This document shows positions 46,266-56,893 of a stretch of DNA of 64,000 nt, piece by piece (positions within the stretch are counted from its first letter, which is position 1; the number at the start of each line of letters is the position of its first letter). The notes beneath the pieces are model-generated. The model searched no databases, was not told where the DNA came from, and was given only the letters and a program-made list of their open reading frames with translations. Source of the stretch: Eubacteriales bacterium (lineage in GTDB: Bacteria; Bacillota; Clostridia; Oscillospirales; CAG-382); contig JAZRVE010000112.1 in the NCBI GenBank assembly GCA_045598975.1, forward strand, positions 2,118 through 66,117, in the 5' to 3' direction. The position numbers and the translations under genes are program-made.

Positions 46266-49200
46266 ATGGCTATTTTTGAACCGTATTTCAAGGATCAGAC
46301 CGTCACCTCCGTGGGCGCCGAAGAACCGCGCTCGTATTTCATCCCGTACGGTGACGAGATCACGGCGTCTCTCATGGACAGAACCAGGTCCCCGTATTTC
46401 AAGACGCTGTGCGGCGAATGGAATTTCCGCTATTACGAGAGCGTCCGCGACGTGACGGATGACATTACGGGCGAAGCCTGTTTTGACGACGAATATGAAA
46501 TGACCGACACCATGACGGTGCCGCGTTCGTGGCAGACGGTGCTCGGAAAAGGGTATGACAAGCCGCAGTATACCAACGTCAATTATCCGTTTCCCTGCGA
46601 TCCGCCGCACGTGCCCGACACAAACCCGTGTGCCGTGTATTCGCGCGACTTTTATCTGTCGGAAGCGTTTGCGGACAAATCGGTGTTCTTGAATTTCGAG
46701 GGCGTCGATTCCTGCTTTTACGTTTGGGTGAACGGCAAATTTGTCGGGTACGGCACGGTCAGCCACAGCTCGACGGAATTTGACGTGTCGTCGGTCGTAA
46801 ATGCCGGACGCAACGTCATTGTGGTGCTCGTGATCAAATGGTGTGCGCAGAGTTATCTGGAAGACCAGGATATGCTGCGCTTTTCGGGTATTTTCCGCGA
46901 GGTGTACCTGCTTGCCCGCGAAAAGAGCCATATCCGCGATCTGTATATCCGTCAGAGCGTGGCGGAAGACCTGCAAAGCGCCGTTATCACGCCGGAGATC
47001 GACGTTGTCGGACGTGCGAAGGTGTCCTGTCGGCTGCTGTCGCCGGACGGGGAGGTCGTTTTCGGTGGCGATTATAAAAAGGGCATGGCGATCCGGCTTG
47101 AAACCCCGGTGCTGTGGAACGACGAACAGCCGAGGCTGTATAACCTCATCCTCACCTGCGGCAAAGAGGTGATTTTCCAGAACGTGGCGCTCCGCCGCGT
47201 TGCCATTGCGGGACGGATTTTCACCGTCAACGGCAAAAAGATCAAGATCCGCGGCGTCAATCGCCACGATTCGCACCCGGTGCTCGGGCACACGGCGCCG
47301 TACGACCATTTCGTAAAAGACCTTGAAATCCTGAAACAGTGCAACGTCAACTGCATCCGCACCTCTCACTATCCCAACGATCCGCGTTTTGCGGAGCTGT
47401 GCGACGTGTACGGTTTCTATCTTGTGGACGAGACCGACCTCGAAACGCACGGAATGTCGGCAGTTTACGGGCAGTGGAGCAAGCTTTCCGACAGCGACGA
47501 ATGGCAGGCACCGTACCTCGACCGCGTCAAAAAACTGTTTGAGCGCGATAAGAACCGCGGATGCGTCATCATGTGGTCGCTCGGCAACGAATCGGGCGTC
47601 GGCGTCAATCACCGCAGAATGTATGTCTATATCAAAAAGCGTATGCCGGACGCCGTCGTTCACTATGAGGGCGTCAGCTCGACGGGACGCGAGGGCTTCG
47701 ACGACGTGACCGACGTCCGTTCGGAAATGTATACCGATATGACTAACTGCCTTGCCCGTATCAAGGATAAAAAGCAGACCAAGCCCTTCTATCTCTGCGA
47801 ATACCTGCACGCCATGGGCAACGGTCCCGGGGGTGTCAAGGATTACGTCGACCTCATCCGTTCGCACGACGAATTTCTCGGCGGCAACGTGTGGGAATAC
47901 TGCGATCACAGCGTCGAAACGACGCTTGCCGACGGCAGAAAGGTCTATCCCTACGGCGGCGACTTCGGCGAGATCACGCACGACGGCAACTTCTGCATCG
48001 ACGGACTCGTCATGCCGGACAGAACGTTCAGCACGGCGATGTATGCCGTCAAGAACGCCTATATGCCCTGCGAGATCGAGCTTACCGATTTCGAAAAGGG
48101 CGAGATCAAAGTGACGAGCTGGCGGTATTTCACCGATCTTTCCGACATGGATCTCGTGTGGACGGTGGAATGCGGCGGCAAGCCCGTCAAATCGGGACGC
48201 ATCGCGTCTCTTGCTGTGAGACCGCGCTTTTCCAAGAAGTTTTCTCTGTTTGCCATGACGGATTTTTCGCTTCCCGGCGAGTACTTCTTAACGGTGAAGC
48301 TTGTCCGCAATACCGATTCTCTCGCCGTCAATGCCGGTGACGAGATCGGCTTCCGCCAGTTTGAACTGTGCTCGGTCATCACGGACGAAATGCCGGCAAA
48401 GCTCGACAGAGATATCGTGGACGTAACGGAGGAGGACGGTTTTGTCGCCATCGAAACGGGCGAGCTTTCCGTTATGTTCGATACGTGCGCCGGCAAGATC
48501 GTCAGCATCGTCCATGACGGCAAGGAAATGCTCGCTTCTCCCGTCGAGCTCAATGTCATGCGCGCCCCCACCGACAATGACCTCGGCTTCGGCAATAAAG
48601 TGGCGCAGTCGTACTGGTATCCGTGGAAGCTCGACAAGCTGACGCAGAAGGTGTACGAATGCGAGGTGACGGACGTTTCCGAGGAATCGGCGACGCTGTA
48701 TGTTTCGCTTTCGCTGTGCGGCGACAGCAAGGAGCCGGTATTACGCGTCAAGGAGTACATCACGGTGTCGAACGACGGCACTGTCTCGTTTGAGTTTGAC
48801 GTGCAGAAGCATCCGGCAGTGGAAGAACTGCCGCGCTTCGGCTTGAAGATCGTCATGCCGGAAGGGTGCGAGCGTGCCGAGTACTTCGGCATGGGACCGT
48901 ACGAATCGTACGCCGATCATAAGATACAGAGCCGCGTCGGCTATTATAAGACCACCCCGACCGATAATTACGTTCCGTACATCAGACCGCAGGAAAACGG
49001 CTCTCACTGCGATACGCGCTTTGCGTTTGCGGGCGATCTTACGGGACACGGTCTGCAATTCTTGAAACTGTTTGACAGCGAGGACCTGTCCTTCAACGTC
49101 CAGCATTTCGACACGTCGGATCTCATCAATGCCAAGCATAACTATGATCTGACGCCGCGAAAGGAGACGTACGTCTTTGCGGATATGCGCATGACGGGCA

Positions 49201-49301
49201 TCGGCTCCAATTCCTGCGGACCGCGTACCGAAAAGCCGTACCGTTTTGAGGATAACGAGTTCCATTGCGGGCTGATTATAAGACCGGGACATATTCAATA
49301 A
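46266..49301 (+). CDS. GH2 beta-galactosidase (LacZ-like)
   Basis: Acid/base motif WSLGNESG, nucleophile motif CEYLHAMGNGPGG and HYPNDP. Length is 1011 aa. RBS AAGGAG. Confidence 0.9.
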   Translation: MAIFEPYFKDQTVTSVGAEEPRSYFIPYGDEITASLMDRTRSPYFKTLCGEWNFRYYESVRDVTDDITGEACFDDEYEMTDTMTVPRSWQTVLGKGYDKPQYTNVNYPFPCDPPHVPDTNPCAVYSRDFYLSEAFADKSVFLNFEGVDSCFYVWVNGKFVGYGTVSHSSTEFDVSSVVNAGRNVIVVLVIKWCAQSYLEDQDMLRFSGIFREVYLLAREKSHIRDLYIRQSVAEDLQSAVITPEIDVVGRAKVSCRLLSPDGEVVFGGDYKKGMAIRLETPVLWNDEQPRLYNLILTCGKEVIFQNVALRRVAIAGRIFTVNGKKIKIRGVNRHDSHPVLGHTAPYDHFVKDLEILKQCNVNCIRTSHYPNDPRFAELCDVYGFYLVDETDLETHGMSAVYGQWSKLSDSDEWQAPYLDRVKKLFERDKNRGCVIMWSLGNESGVGVNHRRMYVYIKKRMPDAVVHYEGVSSTGREGFDDVTDVRSEMYTDMTNCLARIKDKKQTKPFYLCEYLHAMGNGPGGVKDYVDLIRSHDEFLGGNVWEYCDHSVETTLADGRKVYPYGGDFGEITHDGNFCIDGLVMPDRTFSTAMYAVKNAYMPCEIELTDFEKGEIKVTSWRYFTDLSDMDLVWTVECGGKPVKSGRIASLAVRPRFSKKFSLFAMTDFSLPGEYFLTVKLVRNTDSLAVNAGDEIGFRQFELCSVITDEMPAKLDRDIVDVTEEDGFVAIETGELSVMFDTCAGKIVSIVHDGKEMLASPVELNVMRAPTDNDLGFGNKVAQSYWYPWKLDKLTQKVYECEVTDVSEESATLYVSLSLCGDSKEPVLRVKEYITVSNDGTVSFEFDVQKHPAVEELPRFGLKIVMPEGCERAEYFGMGPYESYADHKIQSRVGYYKTTPTDNYVPYIRPQENGSHCDTRFAFAGDLTGHGLQFLKLFDSEDLSFNVQHFDTSDLINAKHNYDLTPRKETYVFADMRMTGIGSNSCGPRTEKPYRFEDNEFHCGLIIRPGHIQ

Positions 49302-49355
49302 CATACAGACGGCGGCTTCCGCACGTATTGAATTAAAATGGAAAGAGGGATCGCC

Positions 49356-51572
49356 ATGAGATTTGAGGATTTGTTCGGAAAAGCGCGGTTTATCGCTCCG
49401 TCGGACTCGTCGGTCGAAGCGCCGTATATCCGCACGACGTTTACGGCGGGCAAGGTGACGGAAGGAAAGATCACCATCTGCGGACTCGGCTTTTTTGAAT
49501 TGTATATCAACGGCAAACGGGTGGGGGACGATTATTTCGTACCGGCGTGCTCCATGTTCCAAAAGCGCGGGAGCACCGGAAAACTGCCCTGCAAGGACGT
49601 ATTTTCCGGGTATCACACCTATGCGCTTTCCTATGACGTGCTTCCGTTTATCAAAAGCGGTGTCAATACGCTCGTGGTGCTTCTCGGAAACGGCTGGTAC
49701 GGCGATACCGGCGACCATGATACCGGCTCCGATTATTACGGCAAGGTCAAGCTTGCCTATAAGCTGGATTTTACCGACGAAACGGGAACGCACACGGTCG
49801 TGTCGGATGAAAAGCATAAATGGAAGCAGAGTTATATCCTCGACAATCATCTGTATCTCGGGGAAAAGCAGGATATGCGGCTGTATGACGAGACGATCTT
49901 CGACGCCGGTTATATGGAAGACGCGTCGTGGCGGAACGTCGTGCGTGCCGAGATTCATGAAAGTGAATATGAGATTCAGTGTTTCCCGACGGATAAGGAG
50001 ATCGCACGGTATACGCCGACGCTCGTCAAGGATTTCGGCGCGTATAAGGTGTACGACTGCGGCGTCAATCTGACGGGCTTTGTCATCATGATGTGCGGCA
50101 AGGCGGGAGAGGAGATCACCGTCGAGCATGCGGAGGAACTGCACGAGGATAAAACGCTTGACGTCGTGACCTGCGCCGGCGACAGAAAACCCGTCATCGA
50201 CCGGTATATCGCGGACGGCAAACATGAGATGCAGCCGCATTTCTGCTGGCACGGCTTCCGCTATTTTTCGGTAAAGGGCAACGCAGAGCCGGTCTGCGCC
50301 GTGATGGTGCATACGTCGGCGGCGGTCACGTCGTCGTTTGAAAGCGATAATGGGGCGCTCAACTGGCTGTATGAGACGTATCTGCGCACCCAGCTTGAAA
50401 ACATGCACGCCGGCATCCCGTCGGACTGCCCGACGCGAGAGCGGCTCGGTTATACGGGCGACGGACAGCTTTGCGCCGAAAGCGCCATGCTGATGCTCGA
50501 CGGAAAAGAGTTTTACCGCAAATGGATGAAGGACATCGCCGACAGCCAGTGCCGCGTTTCGGGGCACGTGCCGCATACCGCGCCGTACCTCTGTTCGGGC
50601 GGCGGCACCGGGGGCTGGGGCTGTGCCATCGTGCACGTTCCGTACGTGTATTATAAGATTTACGGCGACGATTCGCTGATAAGGACATATTTTGACCGCA
50701 TGGTCGCGTATATCGGTTATATGGACAGCCGTTCGCGCGGCGGCTTTGTCACCTATGAAGAGGACGGGTGCTGGAATCTCGGCGACTGGGGCTTTTCCAA
50801 GCAGGATGAGTTTGTCATCCCGCAGAGCTACGTCAATACCTACTTTTACGTAAAATCCTTGCAGGAAATGTGCGAAATGGCGCCGCTGTGCGGTTTTGCG
50901 GACATGGTGCCGTCTTTTGAGGAAAAGATACGTATCAGCAAGACCGCTATGCACGGCGCATATTTCACCAGTCAGGACGGCAATTTCTTCGGCGATTATC
51001 AGGGTGCCAACGTATTTGCCGTATCGCTTGGCATCGGCGATGAGCGCACCTACCGGAATCTGCGGGAAAAGTATTTGCAGAAGCCGGAATACGATACCGG
51101 TATTTTCGCGACGGAACTGCTTACGCGGCTGCTTTTTGAAAAGGGAGACGCCGAAACGGCGGTGTCGCTCATAACGGGTGAGGGAGAGTTGTCCTTCGGC
51201 AATATGCGGTGCGGCGGTGCGACAACGCTGTGGGAATATTTCTGCGGCATCCTCGCTGCGCAGATGTCGCACAATCACCCCATGTTCGGGGCGCTGACGC
51301 ATACGCTGTTCGACGGATTGCTCGGTATCCGCCAGACGGAAGCAAGCGCGGGCTTTGCCGAGGTCATTCTCGATCCGGCGGTCGTCTCGTCGGTCGGAAG
51401 ATGTAAGGGCAGTATTCTGACGCCATACGGAAAGCTTGCCGTCGGATACGAAAAAGAGGACGGCACGGTATGCTGTACGGCGGAGATTCCGACCGGCATC
51501 AGAGCCTTCCGCAGAGCAAAGGACGGCACGCTCGTCGAACTTGCGGCGGGAAGCAATAAGTGGTATCGGTAA
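49356..51572 (+). CDS. GH78-family alpha-L-rhamnosidase-like glycosidase
   Basis: N-terminal FIAP...YIRTTF...GLGFFELYINGKRVGD and the central PTRERLGYTGDGQ motif are typical of bacterial rhamnosidases. ATG 49356 follows AGAGGGA; the alternative is ATG 49338. Confidence 0.8.
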   Translation: MRFEDLFGKARFIAPSDSSVEAPYIRTTFTAGKVTEGKITICGLGFFELYINGKRVGDDYFVPACSMFQKRGSTGKLPCKDVFSGYHTYALSYDVLPFIKSGVNTLVVLLGNGWYGDTGDHDTGSDYYGKVKLAYKLDFTDETGTHTVVSDEKHKWKQSYILDNHLYLGEKQDMRLYDETIFDAGYMEDASWRNVVRAEIHESEYEIQCFPTDKEIARYTPTLVKDFGAYKVYDCGVNLTGFVIMMCGKAGEEITVEHAEELHEDKTLDVVTCAGDRKPVIDRYIADGKHEMQPHFCWHGFRYFSVKGNAEPVCAVMVHTSAAVTSSFESDNGALNWLYETYLRTQLENMHAGIPSDCPTRERLGYTGDGQLCAESAMLMLDGKEFYRKWMKDIADSQCRVSGHVPHTAPYLCSGGGTGGWGCAIVHVPYVYYKIYGDDSLIRTYFDRMVAYIGYMDSRSRGGFVTYEEDGCWNLGDWGFSKQDEFVIPQSYVNTYFYVKSLQEMCEMAPLCGFADMVPSFEEKIRISKTAMHGAYFTSQDGNFFGDYQGANVFAVSLGIGDERTYRNLREKYLQKPEYDTGIFATELLTRLLFEKGDAETAVSLITGEGELSFGNMRCGGATTLWEYFCGILAAQMSHNHPMFGALTHTLFDGLLGIRQTEASAGFAEVILDPAVVSSVGRCKGSILTPYGKLAVGYEKEDGTVCCTAEIPTGIRAFRRAKDGTLVELAAGSNKWYR

Positions 51573-51607
51573 AAAAGCCGTAACAAATTTTGAGAAAGGA
51601 AACCGTT

Positions 51608-54600
51608 ATGCCGGAAACAGGGACATCCTCGGCGATATTGGTCGACGTGATGACGTCATCCGCCGCTTATCGGACGCTGACAGAAACGCTTCATAAATAC
51701 GTGACCGGCGGCGCACGGTATTCACAGGGAACCTGCCTTGTGGCAGGTATTTCCGACGGTGCGCAGACGGTGCTTGCGGCGTCTCTTGCCGGGGAGGGAG
51801 ACGCCTTTTTCAAGGGGGATGGGCACAAAACGCCGCTCATCCTTGTGCCCGACGAAAAGACGGCATATGCTTTGCAGAAGCATCTGTATGCCTATCTGGA
51901 TAACGTATACGTGTTTCCGCATAAAGACCTGCGCTTTCACGCCATCGGCGGCGAATCCCGCGAGTGGGAATATGAGCGGATGCGGGTCTTGCGGGAGATC
52001 GGAGAGGGGAACTGCGGTGCCGTCATTGCCGTGCCGGAAGCGGCGCTGTCGCTGCTGCCGCCGAAGGAAAACGCACGTGTGCCGCTGACGCTTGCCGTCG
52101 GCACGGAAAAGAAAATGACGGAACTGCTTGCGTCTCTCGATGCTTTCGGGTATACCCCGACCGATACCGTCGAAGGTGCGGGACAGTATTCCCATAGGGG
52201 AGACATACTCGACGTGTTCGTGCCGGATGCCGAAAAGCCGGTGCGCATGGAATTTTTCGGGGATGAACTCGACGCGGCGGGATATTTTGACGTCTATACA
52301 CAGAGACGCATTGAAAACGTGACGGCTGTGCGTATCACGCCTATCAAGGAGCCGCCGGCGAGCGAGACGGTTTTCCGCGAGATCGACGCGCAGATGCGCA
52401 AGCTCCTTGAAAATGCCGAAAAACGCGGCAATACGGCGCTTGCCGAACGGCTCGAACAGGAGATCACAGCATTTTCGGCGGGGGAGCTGTCAGTGCCGGA
52501 TAAGTATCTGCCGACACTGTACGAAACGCCGTCAACGCTGTTCGATCATGCCGACGGGCTTGTCTACGTGTGGGATTATCCGCGTGTGCGCGAACGGCTG
52601 AACGCCTATACGGCGAATTTGCAGGAAACGCTTGCCGATCTTGCCGAAAGCGGCGAGCTGTTCATGAAGGGCAAGACGTGGAGCCGCACCTACGGCGATC
52701 TCAAAACGATCCTCGGCTCGCGCCCGTCTGTGGTGACGGACGTGTTCGCCTCGACGCCGGATTTTGAGGTGTCGTGCCTTGTGGAAATGCCGTCCAAAAA
52801 GGCGGGCTTTCCCTTTGCGGGGCTTGACGGGGTATGGGAAGACCTCGACGGCTACGTTCATGCCGAAAACAGGGTATTGCTTTGTGCGCGGAGCGGCGTG
52901 AGCGCTTCTTCGTGGTACGAAACGCTGACGGAAAAGGGCATAAACGTCTCGGTCATCGGCACGGATTTCAAGGCAAAGGAACTTGCCGCGGGACGGGTGT
53001 ACGTTCTTGCGAAAAGCAGGGCGGAATACGAGTACGTCGGGTTTTCGCTCGACAGAGAAAAATTCGTTTTTCTGAGTGAAGAGACAGAGGGCGAGCCGAC
53101 GGGACTGCACACGGCAAAACCGCGCGAAAAGAAGAAAATACCAGCGGGCAGACGCATCCGTTCGTATGCGGAGCTCACCGTGGGAGATTACGTTGTGCAC
53201 GAGGCGCACGGCATCGGACGGTATGAAGGGATCAAGACGCTGACGGTCGCAGGTGTGACAAGGGACTATATCACCATCCGGTACGCCGGGAGCGACGCGC
53301 TGTACGTGCCTTGCGATCAGCTCGATAAGGTGTCCAAATATTCCGGCAAAACGGAAAACGTGACGCTCTCCAAAATGGGCGGGAGCGAATGGAAAAACCG
53401 CAAATACAAAGCCAAAAAGGCGGCAAAGGGCATGGCAAAGGAGCTCATTGCCCTGTATGCCGAGCGCAAGAGAAGACCGGGCTTTGCTTTTTCGCCCGAC
53501 ACCGAGTGGCAGAAGGATTTTGAAAACGGCTTTGAATATGAAGAGACCGACGGACAGCTCGAAGCGGTAAAAGAGATCAAGGCGGACATGGAGAAGCCGT
53601 GTCCGATGGATCGCTTGCTGTGCGGTGATGTGGGATTCGGCAAAACGGAGGTGGCGCTCCGTGCCGCTTTCAAGTGCGTCATGGACGGCAAGCAGGTCGC
53701 GGTGCTCGTGCCGACGACCATCCTCGCTTTGCAGCATTTCCGCACTTTTTCCGCACGGATGCAGGGCTTTCCCGTGCGCGTCGAAATGCTGTCGCGCTAC
53801 GTTTCGCCCAAAAAGACAAAGCAGGTGCTCGCCGCCCTTGAAAAGGGAGAGGTCGACGTTGTCATCGGGACGCATAAACTGCTCGGAAAGAGCGTAGCGT
53901 TCAAGGATCTGGGACTTCTCATCGTCGATGAGGAACAGCGCTTCGGCGTGGGACATAAAGAACGATTAAAAGAAATGAGCAAGCAGGTGGACGTGCTGAC
54001 GCTGACGGCAACGCCCATCCCGCGCACCTTCAACATGGCGCTTGTGGGCATACGGGATATGTCGGTGCTCGAAGAAGCGCCGGTCGACCGGTATCCGGTG
54101 CAGACCTACGTCATGGCGTACGATTTTCCCATTCTGACGGAGGCCATCCGTCGGGAACTGCGCCGCGGCGGACAGGTGTTCTACCTGCATAACCGCGTGG
54201 AGGATATCGAATCGGTCGCCGCCCGTATCCGGCAGGCGTGCCCCGATGCCACGGTGGCGACGGCGCACGGACAGATGGAGAAAGAGGAGATCTCGTCGAT
54301 CTGGTATGATATGACAGAGGGCAAGATCGACGTGCTCGTGTGTACCACCCTTATCGAAACGGGTGTGGACGTGCCGAATGCCAACACGCTCATCATCGAG
54401 AGCGCTGACCGTATGGGACTTGCCCAGCTCCATCAGCTTCGCGGCAGAGTCGGGCGTTCCAGCCGCCGTGCCTACGCCTATTTTACCTACCGCCCGGAGG
54501 GCATCCTGAACGAGGTCGCCCAGAAGCGGCTTGTCGCCATTAAGGAATTTACCGAATTCGGCTCGGGTTTCAAGATCGCCATGCGCGATATGGAGATTCG

Positions 54601-55180
54601 GGGTGCCGGCAATCTGCTCGGTGCCGAGCAGTCGGGGCATATGGAAGCGGTCGGATACGATCTGTTCATCAAGATCCTCGAAAACGCGGTGTTGGAAGAA
54701 AAAGGGGAGAAGCCGACCGAAACGCCGGACTGCACGGTCGATCTCGGCATCAGTGCCTATATCCCGGAAAAGTATATAAAGCGTCCGAGTGACCGTATCG
54801 GGATGTATAAGCGTATCTCCGAGATTCAAAGCGCCGCCGACGCGGATGACGTCACCGACGAAATGACAGACCGCTACGGCGAAATGCCGCGTGAAACAGA
54901 GAATCTCGTCCGCATCGCGTCCGTCAAGGCACGGTGTATCGCCCACGGCATCGTGAAGGTGGTCATGCGCGACGGGCGTATCAGCGTCTATCCGCAGACG
55001 CCGCCGACGCGGGAGCAGACGGTGGAGCTTGTGCGGAAATACCCGGGAAAAGTCACGACGTCACTCGGAAAAGAGCCGTGTTTTATCGTGAGATCGGACG
55101 GAACGGCGGGCGTCGGTGCGGTGTTGGAAGAAATATTCAAGATTTATTCACCACTTGACCGTCAAACTGTGGTAAACTGA
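51608..55180 (+). CDS. mfd: transcription-repair coupling factor Mfd
   Basis: CarD-like RID (GDYVVHEAHGIGRYEG) and a superfamily-2 translocase (LLCGDVGFGKTEVAL, LIVDEEQRFG). About 1190 aa. ATG 51608 follows GAAAGGA. Confidence 0.95.
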   Translation: MPETGTSSAILVDVMTSSAAYRTLTETLHKYVTGGARYSQGTCLVAGISDGAQTVLAASLAGEGDAFFKGDGHKTPLILVPDEKTAYALQKHLYAYLDNVYVFPHKDLRFHAIGGESREWEYERMRVLREIGEGNCGAVIAVPEAALSLLPPKENARVPLTLAVGTEKKMTELLASLDAFGYTPTDTVEGAGQYSHRGDILDVFVPDAEKPVRMEFFGDELDAAGYFDVYTQRRIENVTAVRITPIKEPPASETVFREIDAQMRKLLENAEKRGNTALAERLEQEITAFSAGELSVPDKYLPTLYETPSTLFDHADGLVYVWDYPRVRERLNAYTANLQETLADLAESGELFMKGKTWSRTYGDLKTILGSRPSVVTDVFASTPDFEVSCLVEMPSKKAGFPFAGLDGVWEDLDGYVHAENRVLLCARSGVSASSWYETLTEKGINVSVIGTDFKAKELAAGRVYVLAKSRAEYEYVGFSLDREKFVFLSEETEGEPTGLHTAKPREKKKIPAGRRIRSYAELTVGDYVVHEAHGIGRYEGIKTLTVAGVTRDYITIRYAGSDALYVPCDQLDKVSKYSGKTENVTLSKMGGSEWKNRKYKAKKAAKGMAKELIALYAERKRRPGFAFSPDTEWQKDFENGFEYEETDGQLEAVKEIKADMEKPCPMDRLLCGDVGFGKTEVALRAAFKCVMDGKQVAVLVPTTILALQHFRTFSARMQGFPVRVEMLSRYVSPKKTKQVLAALEKGEVDVVIGTHKLLGKSVAFKDLGLLIVDEEQRFGVGHKERLKEMSKQVDVLTLTATPIPRTFNMALVGIRDMSVLEEAPVDRYPVQTYVMAYDFPILTEAIRRELRRGGQVFYLHNRVEDIESVAARIRQACPDATVATAHGQMEKEEISSIWYDMTEGKIDVLVCTTLIETGVDVPNANTLIIESADRMGLAQLHQLRGRVGRSSRRAYAYFTYRPEGILNEVAQKRLVAIKEFTEFGSGFKIAMRDMEIRGAGNLLGAEQSGHMEAVGYDLFIKILENAVLEEKGEKPTETPDCTVDLGISAYIPEKYIKRPSDRIGMYKRISEIQSAADADDVTDEMTDRYGEMPRETENLVRIASVKARCIAHGIVKVVMRDGRISVYPQTPPTREQTVELVRKYPGKVTTSLGKEPCFIVRSDGTAGVGAVLEEIFKIYSPLDRQTVVN

Positions 55181-55215
55181 TACGAAAAGTATCTGCCGGA
55201 AAGGAAGAGAAAAAA

Positions 55216-56307
55216 GTGAAATCGCTGAAAAAAAGAATGCTCGCCGGATTGCTTGCCGGGATGCTCGTGCTCTGCACGGCTTGCGGCAACGGAAAAAACA
55301 CCGTTATGTCCATAAAGGACTCGGGAAACCTTACCGTGAATTTTCTTTGTCTGCTCGCTTCCCAGCAGAAGCAGTTGTATAAACCGGTCGTGGACGCCTA
55401 CGGGAACGGGGACTGGAATACCGTCGCCGTTGACGAAAACGGCACGACGTTTGCCGACATCGTCCGTCAGGTGACGCTCGACTCGGCGAAGAACAGCCTC
55501 ATCAGTGAGTATATGCATGACAAGGTGTACGGGCTTACGCTTTCCAAGGAACAGCAGGCAAGACTTGACGCCGCTCTGAACGGCTATAAGACGGCATACG
55601 GCGGGGAAGCGGGACTGAACAACGCGCTGTCGGCATACGGCGCCGACGTTTCGACCTTCCGGCGCTATCTCGAACTGCTTTCCAAGCAGAGCGCGCTGTA
55701 TACTTATCTGTACGGTGAAAACGGGACGGAAGACCTGGAAGAAGCCGTAAAGACGTATTTTGAAGAAAATTATGCCATCGTGACGCATATATACTTTAAT
55801 ATCGGCTATATGGAAAAGGATGACGGCAGCGTCATCACCATGCCCGAAGAAGAGACGGCACGCAAACGTGCCCTCGCCGAAGAACTGTATAACCGCGTGA
55901 TGGCGGGCGAAGACTTTGAAGCGCTCAAAGCGCAGTACAGCGAGGACTTGTACGAGTCCGAATACTACCCCGACGGCTTTTTCGTCACGAATGACACCAC
56001 TTTCCCGACGACCTTCACGACGGCGGCTCTTGATATGCAGGAGGGCGAATACCGTCTGTGCGAAAGCGAAGGCGCAGGCGGGACGGGGCTTCATCTGCTG
56101 TACAGAAAGCCGATGGACGCCACCCTGTACGATCACGACGAAACGGTGTATGCGAATATCCGCAACCGCATCATGGCGGACGATCTGCAAAACAAAATGA
56201 AAGCGTATGAGGCGCTCGTCACGGTCAAGGAGGAAGCGCTCGAAAAACTGGACGTGTCGGTGATCCCGGAGTTTTCTCTGACGGATGAAACGGGGAACGC
56301 ACAATGA
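55216..56307 (+). CDS. PrsA/SurA-like lipoprotein (putative parvulin-type foldase)
   Basis: GTG 55216 follows GGAAAGGAAGAG. Lipobox LVLCTAC-G. A parvulin-like segment (HIYFN...AEELYNRVMAGEDFEALKAQYSED...) is present. Position after mfd is as in several Clostridia. Confidence 0.65.
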   Translation: MKSLKKRMLAGLLAGMLVLCTACGNGKNTVMSIKDSGNLTVNFLCLLASQQKQLYKPVVDAYGNGDWNTVAVDENGTTFADIVRQVTLDSAKNSLISEYMHDKVYGLTLSKEQQARLDAALNGYKTAYGGEAGLNNALSAYGADVSTFRRYLELLSKQSALYTYLYGENGTEDLEEAVKTYFEENYAIVTHIYFNIGYMEKDDGSVITMPEEETARKRALAEELYNRVMAGEDFEALKAQYSEDLYESEYYPDGFFVTNDTTFPTTFTTAALDMQEGEYRLCESEGAGGTGLHLLYRKPMDATLYDHDETVYANIRNRIMADDLQNKMKAYEALVTVKEEALEKLDVSVIPEFSLTDETGNAQ

Positions 56308-56855
56308 AACCGATGAAAAAAGAAAATACGGGACGTGCCGTTCTGATCTTCTTTATCGTGATGTTTGCGCTGTTTTTCTTCATAGAGGCGGCTTTTATGC
56401 CGATATTCTTCTTTGACGAAGCAAAGGATACCTACCGTATCGTGCCGGACTTACTGCTTTCGCTCAGTATCGTGTGCGGGATGCTGTACCCGGAAAAGGG
56501 CGTCGTCATCACGGCGCTCGTGTGCGGAACGCTGTGCGACGTATTTCTCATGCCGCCCATGCATCTTTCGCCGCTTCTCTTTTTCCTCGGCGCCTATTTT
56601 GCGTCGCGGCTTGCGTCCTTCTTTGTGCGGAAAAACGCGCTGACCGCCCTTGCCGTTTCTCTCCCGTTTTTTCTGCTTCGTGCCGTCAGCGGCGGGCTTT
56701 TCCTGCTTGCACAGCATAAAGAGGAGACGTTCGGTCATCTGTTTACACACCTGCTTCTGCCGGAGTTCGCCGTCAACGCGCTTTCGGCGTTTGTGACGTA
56801 TCTCGTGGTATCGTGGCTTTTCAAACGATTCAAAAAAAGTTTTTATATTCTGTGA
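56304..56855 (+). CDS. polytopic membrane protein, unknown function (weakly MreD-like)
   Basis: Five hydrophobic helices, with a 4-nt overlap with the upstream gene. No diagnostic motif was recognised. Confidence 0.5.
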   Translation: MKPMKKENTGRAVLIFFIVMFALFFFIEAAFMPIFFFDEAKDTYRIVPDLLLSLSIVCGMLYPEKGVVITALVCGTLCDVFLMPPMHLSPLLFFLGAYFASRLASFFVRKNALTALAVSLPFFLLRAVSGGLFLLAQHKEETFGHLFTHLLLPEFAVNALSAFVTYLVVSWLFKRFKKSFYIL

Positions 56856-56893
56856 TCCCGTAATATTCCCGTATTCGGAGGAAAAAAGCACCC

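Noticed and set aside
45819-47981. 720-aa minus-strand ORF antisense to ispG and the GH2 gene.
   Set aside because: This is the same compositional artefact. It crosses a gene boundary of two well-supported plus-strand genes and has low-complexity, R/V/H/D-rich content.
48741-51302. 853-aa ORF on the minus strand spanning the end of the GH2 gene and most of the GH78 gene.
   Set aside because: It lies exactly codon-aligned and antisense to two plus-strand genes with unmistakable family motifs (WSLGNESG, CEYLHAMGN, PTRERLGYTGDGQ). Its translation is Arg/His/Ala/Val-rich with no recognisable domain and no RBS. In a GC-rich genome the sense codons TTA, CTA and TCA are rare, so the antisense frame is almost free of stops.
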